Origin: Blasia pusilla
Lineage: Eukaryota
Assembly: GCA_050084515.1 (NCBI GenBank)
Contig: CM114271.1
Location: forward strand, 39,804,001-39,868,000
DNA length: 64,000 nucleotides
Direction of reading: 5' to 3'
Numbering within the stretch: position 1 is the first letter of the stretch; every line of letters begins with the position of its first letter. The translations under genes and the position numbers were made by a program. Below are positions 54,246 to 64,000 of the stretch, piece by piece. The notes beneath the pieces were generated by a model. The model saw nothing but the letters and a program-made list of their open reading frames with translations, searched no databases and was not told the DNA's origin.

Positions 54246-57200
54246 CTACACTATCCATCTTGCCAACAAGATTATCAACCTTGCTCTTGACAGAGGCTGC
54301 AAAAACAGACAAGGTACAAGAGAAGAAACCACTACGTAAGAAATTATCACTACTTGATGCGAGAGACGAATAAACTCACACAGAGGATGAGAACATGAGC
54401 CTGCGATAGAATCTCTACCTTGGTTTGAAAATCGTCTACCCCCGCCTCAAAAAATAGCTCTCTATCAGATGGCATGGCGTTCCCTGTAAGAGCAATAATG
54501 GGAGTTTTGACACCCATGTTCCGAATCTGCCTCGTGGCCTGCATGGACAGAGAACTGGTGAGATAATACTGGAAAATCGGACTGCTGCTCCGCACTGACA
54601 TACCATATGCCCTAACTCCAACCAAATGCACGTCCCCGAATGTAAACCCTCTGAGAAAGAAACCTACCTCATGTCCATCCATCACGGGCATTTCTTTGTC
54701 CATTAGAATAAGATCGTAAGTCCTTCCTTCCTTGTAGAAATCCACAGCAACCTTCCCATTCTCCGCCTCATCGCATTGAAGATTAAGATTCTGAAGCACT
54801 TTCCGCAATATTATCTGGTGACATGTAGCACGTCAGATTGACATATTCATGTTCCAATTACATCAACACCGCAAATTTTAAACATAGCTTCTACTGAGAA
54901 ACGGTATTTCAACATCTCCCTAACGTATACCCAACGTACTTACTCTGTTGATTTGCGTGTCTTCGACCAATAGGACACGCCTCTTGAAAGTATTCGGGTC
55001 ACACGCAGTTGGAGTCGTAGACTTGGCATTCCTGTTCCTGAAGAATTTCTCTTTGCTGTGCAATGGAGCCCGTGTGCTCGTGCTCTGCTCAGATATATGG
55101 GTATCATCGTATGGTGAAGGGAGCTCTTGTTCGGTGTCCAAGTCTCTCGAGATGAGAGGGAATGGCAAGCAGAAGTGAAAGGTGCTGCCCTTGCCTTCCT
55201 CGGAGTCCACACCAATGTGTCCACCCACTTGCTCAACGAAACGCCTTGCCATACTAAGACCGAGACCAGAAATTCCAGCCTTCTGAACCCAGCCCGAAGT
55301 CACAAAGGAGTAAGGCTCAAAGAGCTTCAACTGATCCTCTTCAGATATTCCTGCAGGCATACCCACCCATTCGTAAGTTTCAATCCACCACCGACGTAGA
55401 GCCCCGAGAACTCTCACCTTCTCAACGGTGTGAAAAAGTGATCTAAAACTCCCAAATATAGCTAACCGGCACTTCGGAACGGACATAACTCATTCATGAC
55501 ATTTGACCCACACTATCGCCAGGCACTTACCGACTCCAGTGTCTTTTACAGAAATTCTTAATCGCGCAACTTTGCCATTAGACTCTTTCTTAGGGCAGGA
55601 CCACTTTCTTGCAGCTGTTGGACAACGCTCCTCAACCACTCTAGCTGATTTCCTTGACGAAAGTGAGGACCCTCGATCTCTCCGCAAGGTAGAAGCTGCC
55701 AGACTTGGGCCTGGCGTTTCCACGTCCTTGGCATCGAGAACCTCCTCGCACTTTAACTCCAGCTCAAGGCTGCCTCCCGGGTGACTAAATTTGACAGCAT
55801 TGCTTAGGAAATTGCCTGCAGAAGTCCCCAATAAAGGCTGGTTGTGCGTTAGATTTCGACTTGCAGGGAAAACCAGGATGACACAGAATAAACAGTCCGT
55901 GATCACTCAACCCTCATTCAGTGGACGGAACTCACCGCGAAATGACAACAATGCTCGACTCTCTAGGTTCCGCCGCAATCATGAATTTAGAAACTTCAAA
56001 TACCGTGAGTTCGAAGAGGAACTATACCCAGAGTTTGCACAATGCGCTGTTTATCTCCAACGACGTAATGCGATGAGAGTAGCTCTCTTGCAACGGGATC
56101 GACGGTCATTTTGAAGGTAATCTGGTTTTGATCGATCAGATCTTTCAACCCCCACGATAAGAAATTTACAACTCCAAGAAGGCTGAACTCGTCCCTATTC
56201 AGCTGCATTTGGCCTATCTCCCACTGACCTGTTGAAATGGCAAGAACTTTTCAGAACGAGCCCACTGTGGAACGTCGAATAGGAGACCCTTCGAGCCCTG
56301 AGGTTACAACAGTGCCTACTTATACAAAAGAATCTGCTGGAAAACTGACCCATATCGGTAACGTCGTCGAGGACACTAGTCATGGTTTCTGCGCAATCCA
56401 ACATCATCTGCACGAGGTCCATCTTGTCCCCTGCTTTGCCGATTGAGCCCTCTCCCTCTCCAGTAGCTCGCATGTGCCCAAGGCCAAGCACAATGGCATT
56501 GAAAGGGACTGCAGACAATCCCACGCAACAGCCGAAAACTTTCATCCGTTCAGTACTAAGCTATGGGGCCAAGAGGGAGGTACAAGAGAAACAGAGGATA
56601 CTTGAAAATCCACTGCACCGGCTGACCTATTCGCCAATCTATCCTTCGGACCCGACTCCATCCAAGTGTCGAAGATAACAGGTAACTGTAGGAAGGAGAA
56701 CAAATTTTTGTGCGAAAATCTGGCCACGAGAACGTACTCAACGCCACGGGATTAATGCCGGACTGGCGAAGCTCACCTCTAATGTTATGGAAAACGTACG
56801 CCATAAATTGTTGCTTGGCAAGCTGCGCTTGTTCGGCCCTCTCATCGGCCTCCTCCACACGGCAGCGAGTTTGCTCCACGACCTCACAGTGCGAGCACAG
56901 CTTCTTACGCTTCCAGAACGCGAATTTTCCCTCCACCAAGCGGCACCCTACGACTGAAGAAATAGCCACGGCAAGCAACCAAATGAAAGGTTGCGCTCGT
57001 GCCATGATCTGGCAGTGTGCACGTACGTACGTGATCCTAGATCCAGACGACTGGATATTTTGAAAGTACTGGTTCTTCAAGCTTACCGTGGGGTGAGCAG
57101 CGAGGACGAACTCCATGCAGAAGTACATTGCAACTAGAGGGAACAGCAACAACAAGAACGCTTTGGCTATGTGCATCCGTAGGGCATGTTTCGAACTCCT

Positions 57201-57788
57201 TTCAGTTTCGACCTCGATAGAGTCCTGCAAGCGAACCTCTTTCTCGTTGCCCAAGAGGGACTTCCCCAAGTCGGAAGTGGTCTGAAAAAACGAAATGGAA
57301 GAAGAGGTAGACTTCCCTTTCGCCTTCCCAAACTCGGAACCGGCCGGTAGCGACCTTGTCCGCCTCTCGTACAGATTATGATTTCTAACAACAAAGTCTT
57401 CCTTGTGCACTAATACGTCTTTGCCTCCAAAGGCCCTCGAAACCTCCTGTGACACGTCTTCCATTAGTCTCCATTCATCTCTTGACTCCCTGAATTCTCC
57501 ACTTGCTGACGAAACCGTCCGGAAATCCTTCCTACTTAGTCGCTTCCCCCGCGCTATTCCTGAAGAAGGATAGTCGTTGAATTCCTTTCCTAAAGTTTGA
57601 TCAAGCTCACTATTCATCGGGTTTCGTGATCCCAGCGACGAGAATCGCTCCAACCTTCTCGACTTACTCCCATCAGCCTGGACATCTCTTTCGACTACTT
57701 CGTCCCTAACTCGAGCTTCCATGTACAGAGATACCGTCGGCCGGCGGACGCTGGAAACGACGTCTGACTTGCAAAAACTTACTCTCAT
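54246..57788 (-). CDS. Membrane-bound hybrid histidine kinase (2 TM, HisKA, HATPase_c, receiver), ~793 aa. Exons: 57788-56777, 56508-56350, 56228-56028, 55815-55531, 55350-54944, 54814-54668, 54538-54419, 54296-54246
   Basis: H-box FMAYVFHNIR|VPFN; GDKQRIVQTL|GNFLSNAVKF (N-box); VKDTGV|GIS (G1); LFEPY (F); GLGL (G2); GKGSTF; receiver VLLVED..DLILMD.EMPVMDG..IIALTG..K|P. All introns GT-AG and phase-consistent; total 2382 nt. Confidence 0.92.
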
Positions 57789-58874
57789 GGTGCTTAAACT
57801 CAGAGCCGTGAAATATATTCCGCAGAAGAGTCGAAGATGTCAAAGGCGATGCGCTGGGAATGCCTGTACCTATTTACAACTGAGATCACCTTATGTTCAC
57901 TCGATTGACATTCAAAACATGCAGGCTGCTGGGAACAGAGTCGAAAGTCTGGAAGACCATCCACCAACGACGAACCTGCAGAGATGAGGACAGTCAGACA
58001 AAGAACATGAGCGTACCGCGAGGGGGGTCGGGAAGAAGAATACACAAGTAGAATGCATCCAGAGCAACGAGATCATTTCTGGAGATTGTGTTCACTGAAT
58101 GGCACAGCACAAGCAGGCCGAGGGGAACCGACCGGAATGGGGGAGGAGTGAGAACAGCGCAGACTGTGAGCTACAAGAACTAAGGAGCGAATGGGAGAGA
58201 ACCGGATCACGCCATTGTTTGGCTGTGTCACGGACGCAGTTACTGCAGCGAAGAAAGCGGATCGGAGAAAATATGACAACGAAACCGGCTAGTAGAAATA
58301 GGAGGAAAGAAAGTGAAAGAGAATACGAAGGTGACACAGCCGAGGAAGGAGGTGACGGAGAGAACCTCGATCGAGAACGGCAAGCAGGAAAACGAAGCTT
58401 AAACGGATTGACTCGAAGGATGTTAAAGTTAACTACTGCCTCTGCCATCCATCTCGAACCAGACTCCGGAGATTCGATCCACATGGCAGAGATGCAGTAC
58501 AGATACGCGCGTTGCGCAATATTATTCTTTCCTGTCCCGTGTTACAGCACATCATCGGATTTCCCTCTCTCCTTCGGAGTCCTCCCGAGTTCCGTCCTGT
58601 GACTCCACGGACGGGCCCGCCCGCGGTGTGCATTGCCCACTCGAAGGCGGATAAACTTGAGCGCTCACCGGCACCGGTTTTGGGGACTTTACTCAGTTTC
58701 CTGTATCCTGGCCGGCAAATTGTCTTCACCCTGTCGGGCCTCGAGCGCGTCATTTTCCCGACAAGTCGTCGAGCTAGACCCGTTCTGTTTCCCGAGCAGG
58801 CTGTATTTCCGGCGATGTACATGACTCAGTCCGCACAAAAAAAAAATGAAAGATGCACTTCGATAAAAACGAGT

Positions 58875-58924
58875 GATGGAAAACCCATCGGAAGTACAAA
58901 AGAGGGGGACTCAAAGAGTCAAAA
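58875..58924. promoter_or_regulatory. 50-bp element ~1.1 kb upstream of the histidine kinase ATG, duplicated at 42280
   Basis: Exact identity is seen; a regulatory role is inference only. Confidence 0.3.
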
Positions 58925-60635
58925 CAAGAGTCCGCCGCCGCCGTGGCTGCGGTCACTCGGTGAACTGCACTCTCAGTTGAACGTTAACTTCTCCATCCGG
59001 AAATGAACGCAGGGTACCGTACGTACCCTTCTCCAGCTGAACATAGCTTGACCCTTAACTAACTGTCGTGGGGTTAACCGTCGCTACCCTAGGCACCATG
59101 TGTTGGCGAGTTACGCTCCACATCCTGCACTCGTAGCCTTGTACCGTCGTCGTCTATCTCCATTCGCCCCTCATCTGTCCTCTATCGGTTTAACTGTCAC
59201 TAGCGTAGGCTACCTGAATTTGGTGAATTACGCTCCACATACGGAGCTTCTGTGGCGCTGCCTCCCGACTCCAAACCGCCAAAACAAAACAACAATTACT
59301 TCCGCGGCTTGATCTTTAACGTCCACGTTCAAACCATGCGAAACGTGGGCGTCCCAGCTCTCGACATGGTACAACGGAGTACCGCATCGTTTGATATTTA
59401 CCAACACGTGTCATAAAAGCCAATGCGTCGGACCAAGGCTGCAGTTTAACGGACCAGGTCTGCTACAGACCAGTTGCAGGCCTACGAACAGACAGACGAG
59501 GATGGTACGATTTTCGTTAGGCCGGCGAATTGGATCTTGGACCGTCAATTTGTACAGGTGGACGGTCCGATGAGGTGGCTGCCAATCTCTTAGACGCTAG
59601 ATGCGAGATTGCGATCCGGCTGCAAATATTATCGAAACCCGAAAAAAATTTACCTCAATCTCGCTTTCTCGACTACCGACTTTCAGGATTACAAGGGCGT
59701 TTCGGACATCTTCCCCTACCAGCTCCCGTTGTATCAGATACTGGTGAGGTGACCCACAGGGATCTCTTTAGATGAGTCCAGTAAGGTATTTGTTTCCACA
59801 CAAACGGTCACCCGTGTGAAATGAAAATATTCTTTCAATAAACTCTCAATAATTTTTAAACGGTTGGAAAGAGGACGGACACCGGGATGGCCCTCACGAT
59901 CTAAACCCCCAACGGGATACCTAGAGGTACCCCGTAAGGTTACGTCCAGGGACGGAAGGGGCCATTGAGACGGTCACCGTCACCGTCGTGGTCTCTTCGG
60001 TTCGGCGGACCTCAATTATCTTCGAGTCACCGGCTTCCTTTCTAATGAGTATACACTATTCCAGCCTGTATCTGTCCTCCTACTCGCCATGTGGCGGCCT
60101 CCTGTCTCCTTGGTAGGTTTCCAAGCCCGGCAGCACTCTGACGTGGTCTTCAGAAGTTCAGACTTGGTACACTACTCGGGCTATAACTTATACGGTGGCC
60201 TTCACCAGCCGCCATTGACACACGTGCCTCTTTCTCATGGGCCAAAGACCTAAAATCATGCCATTCGCCGCGTCTTGTTTCCTGAAACCGGGCGGGTTCA
60301 AAGGCAGAACTCTCGAGATTAGACGATTGCTCTAGACTAGACCGAAGAAACGTCTACGAGAGTCCCTACAGACCAACATCCGAACTGTATGACACCTTCG
60401 CAAGGGCAGTCATGTCGGAGGTAGACGTCCCACGCCATCGCTCCGGGTGCAGAAGAGATCGGAGCAAATCCTCTAAGGCGTGTCGAGCGAGGGCTTGTTA
60501 ACCAACAATAACAACAGAATATGTGTTGGTTGCCAGCAGCGGGACTGTGATCTCTTCATTTTCTCACCAAAGCCTGTACCTCCATCCTGGACCCTACGAT
60601 TCCATGTCTGGCCGACTCGACGGCCCGCGATCGCG

Positions 60636-60795
60636 GAAAGAGAGCGAGGCGCGGTCGTCTCCCCGAAAATAGCGAACTACACCGATGGACAGGGACGCCG
60701 CGAAAGAGAGCGAGGCGCAGTCGTCTCCCAGAAAATAGAGAGGGACGCCGATGAACAGGAAAGCCCGCGAAAGAGAAGACTTGTCCGGTCTCCCG
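60636..60795. repeat. Tandem repeat, ~66-67 bp unit, ~2.4 copies
   Basis: gaaagagagcgaggcgc.gtcgtctccc..aaaatag starts at 60636 and 60702, partial at 60769. Confidence 0.8.
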
Positions 60796-62269
60796 AGGCA
60801 CCTATTTCGCCATTACGATCGCCTCCTTATTCAATAATTAAATTTCGTCTGTTGCCTTAGGCCCGAGTCCTCTCTCCTGAAACACCCTTAGTACAAACAA
60901 AAAGCCGATTTTATTCTCTTGATTGACCAAGGAGAGAAACAGGGTGGTTCACTCGAAAACGTTTGAATCAAATATTCCGCGTGTCACAATACGCTTGGGA
61001 GTATCGGAAAATTTACCCTCACCCTAGGAATACGGTCAATCCTGAACTCATACGACTGCGTATAAAATAAGCGTTAGGACATTCGACCTTCGAACATTTT
61101 TTTCTCGGTTACATGTGTGTTTTTCTCTTTTCTTATGGTTCTATGTTTTACTCGTGCGAGTGAAAGAACGCGGCCGTAACCAACAAAGGTTAACGTTGTG
61201 GTCACTAATTTCATGGTTGAAACTTAGAGGAGGAAGTCGCGGAGAAATCAAAGTAAGTTGCCTCCAAGTTCTAGAATGCATAGTCTCGTATTCAACCACT
61301 TTTTTTCCGTGATTCTGGTTGCTATCTTTGTCCGGCTTCTCTTTGTTTTGCTGCCGAGAATGGCCGCACGTGCAGAGGCAGGAGCAAGGGACATGAGTAA
61401 TTCGGGAGCGCCGGAGTTGGAGCTCGAGGTATTCGAACGTGGAGGACCAGTTCAAACAACAACTCCAAATAGAAGAAATGTACCCTTTCTATTCCACGAA
61501 GGGATCGACAGCACATTCGCCCTCGATGTAGAAGCGCGAGGAGAATGCAACCTGACTGAAGCCGAAGAGATTTGGTTGGCTCTTTGAGCCCGATGTAGAA
61601 GCACGAATAGAACGGGTGCAGATCTGTCGTCCGATGTAGAACGACTACAGATGCTCAGCAGATGTAGATAGTCATTCTATCGATTACCTAGAACACAAAC
61701 TGGAAAATTTCAGAGTCGACTCAGATATACATTGTAACACCTTACACATTCACATCAATAAATCCGAGTAGCTTTGGATTTTGATACAACCAGAAGATGC
61801 TGAGTATGCATATCAATAAATCCGTGCACCTTCCTATCATATCGATGCATAAATATAAATGCATGTGTCGAAGTGTCTTCAGAATCGTGCGCAGAATGGT
61901 GATTGAAATTTCGATGGAGACAAAAAATACGAAAGAATTATTCCCTAAAAACAGGCCCCTTGACTTCATCGACGGATCTCCTTGCTCGTAAGATTATAAT
62001 CGTTTGCAAGCACTAAAATTTGAAAATGAGTAGAAACCGTTTGTAACGTCTTTTAGGATATATCGGTGAGATCTAGTAGAGCGCCTTCGTGAGTAGTGGA
62101 GGACAAAATCAGTAGATTGAGGATGACGTGCTGAGGCCCCGGGAAACCTGAGAGAGCAGGTTTCCCCTTCGTTTCGGCTCATTTGGAGCCATATTGAGGA
62201 ACTTACTATTTTAGGTAAGTACCATTTTGAGTATATGATCGACTTTCTATTTTTGGTAAGTGGCCCTTG

Positions 62270-64000
62270 ACCTCCTACATCAGGTCAAGAGCCAAGGAGG
62301 TGACTTGGGAGAATAGGTTATCATGGAGAGAGCTTGGGAGAGGGGAGGGTATACCTCAACGAGAGAGAGCTTGAGAGCTCATTCTCTTTTTGTTGAACCT
62401 CTTCGCATGAGGTGGCGGAGCTATGGTCCCTTGCCTTGTGAGTGTAATCCAAGCCTCTCATTAGGAGAGTGGGTTTGTTTTGACATGAGAGAGAATACAC
62501 ACATTTGAGAGCTATGGTGTGAGATGGTGTAGAGAGAGATTGGATCTTACTTTACAAAGAGAGAATGAGAGAGTGAGAGAGCTTCATGGGGGATCTCGCT
62601 GGTCATTTGCTAAATTGTTCTAACCCTAAAAACCAGCCGCCACGCCGGCAGCGGCCGTCGCCGTCATAGTCATCGTCAACGGTCTGCCATCGACGGTCAA
62701 CCATCACCGTCACCATCAGCGGTCAAACGTCACCGTCAACGGTCCACCGTCCGTTGTCCACCCTTTGGTTGCCATTTCCGCCATTACGAAGTGGAGGGTC
62801 TTCCACGACGTTCGTTGATTCTCTGACTTGCGTCGCCACCACGTACTTTGTTTTGGTCGCCACTGTCATCGTAGTTTCCTCATCAACCAGTGATGGCGGA
62901 TGACCTCCGGTTATGGTGTTTGAGTTCTTAATTCATGTTGCTATGTTGTGATTGGTAGCCGCTCGACGACGATCGAATACCGTGCCTTGACGCCCTGTAG
63001 CCGCAACGCATCGCCGATTGCCGCACCGTCTCGATCGCGGAGCCGCACCGTCATTATTGAGCAGAGTGTGGGTTTATTGTTGATTGAGGAGGGTATGCCG
63101 CCGAGTGCCGCATCCCACCATCGAGGTCCGTGCCGTTCGTAGCCGTTTCGTGCCGCCGAGTGCCGCATCCCACCATCGAGGATCGTGCCGTTCGTAACCG
63201 TTCCGTGCCGCCTGCAATGTCGCACCGTTCCGCTGGAACCGCACTATCCATCAAGGAGTTTTAAGCATCATTAGTACGGGAGGAATATGACTTGATGATT
63301 GGAGGAGTTGTCTCCACGACCGAGTTGGGGTCGAGATTTGCAGTTGCTGAGGAGCGACATCGACATGTGTTCAGGTTACCCGGCCATTCTGGTCCTTTAC
63401 CCTGCACGTGTGAGGGATTCTGGGATTTGGGTAGTTTATTTGGGGATATTGGGTGTGTGGATGCTAAGAGCATCATTTATGCATATGGTTTAGGGGACAT
63501 AGACTTGTGTGGGATGTCCGGAGTTGAGGGTAGGTTGTCGATGAGATAATAGCCTGGTCGATTTGCCGCACCACGCCGCTTGTTGCCGCACGTTAGACGT
63601 CTTGGGGAGGGAGGGTGTAGATCGAGTGCCGCATGTTTGGGATGAGTGATTGAGGGATTACTCGCGAGGTTGAGAGTGATTGTGTGAGAGGGGCACGAGG
63701 GTCATCACGGAGTCTGTTCGGGACTTTGAGAGGCGAGGTGGTGAACTCGAGAGTAGCTCTAGAGGTTTTACGTGGAGTGACGCGAGGTTCCGAGGGTCTC
63801 CATGTGAGGGACCACCTTGACCTCCTTCTGTGTCATCGTCAGACAAGGGGGAGGGTGTAGAGGAGTTTGTGAGCACATCGCCACACATTGTGAGTGGTCC
63901 TACCAGTTGGGCGTATGAGATGGACGACCGGGGTAGAGGACCGCGTAGGTTTTCAGATGCAGTAGGCACGATTGAGTTGCACGATTTCATAGCAGAGTTT
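62270..64000. mobile_element. Unclassified TE-like region running off the window end
   Basis: Contains the dispersed repeat shared with 39545-39680, accgtca/acggtca short repeats (62640-62760) and a ~55-bp tandem unit (63097-63210); no coding motif recognised. Confidence 0.4.

Noticed and set aside
58092-59006. ORFs of 129-167 aa on both strands
   Set aside because: They lie in the likely 5' leader/promoter of the kinase gene; low complexity, no motifs.
59760-59800. Hammerhead-like gatgagtcc motif
   Set aside because: Lacks the CUGA core and the matching GGAC-GAAA strand.
60636-63210. Repeat units as a possible CRISPR-like array
   Set aside because: Only 2-3 head-to-tail units without unique spacers, in a eukaryotic context with no cas genes.

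Overview
Eukaryotic (land-plant, probably bryophyte/liverwort-like; inference from gene families and intron style) nuclear window. Four spliced host genes are supported: a 5'-truncated KLHDC4-like kelch/DUF4110 gene (388-8067, +), a 2-exon BTB/POZ gene (9079-10035, +), a secreted Pollen Ole e 1/proline-rich gene (16713-18127, +) and an 8-exon membrane hybrid histidine kinase with an atypical H-box (57788-54246, -). Most of 21-50 kb is nested transposon debris: Ty3/Gypsy, Copia, CACTA, a P-element-like transposase, a Helitron and a hAT-type MITE family with 8-bp TSDs. Two things stand out. (1) An LTR element (29990-34307, -) carries a C5-cytosine DNA methyltransferase domain in the same net reading frame as its retroviral-type aspartic protease. 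(2) Two diverged LTRs of another family (21043-22140 and 32860-34186) each carry a pair of small ORFs inside the LTR; the first ORF is conserved start-to-stop with mostly synonymous changes in its core. All assignments come from reading motifs by eye; no searches or folding programs were run.
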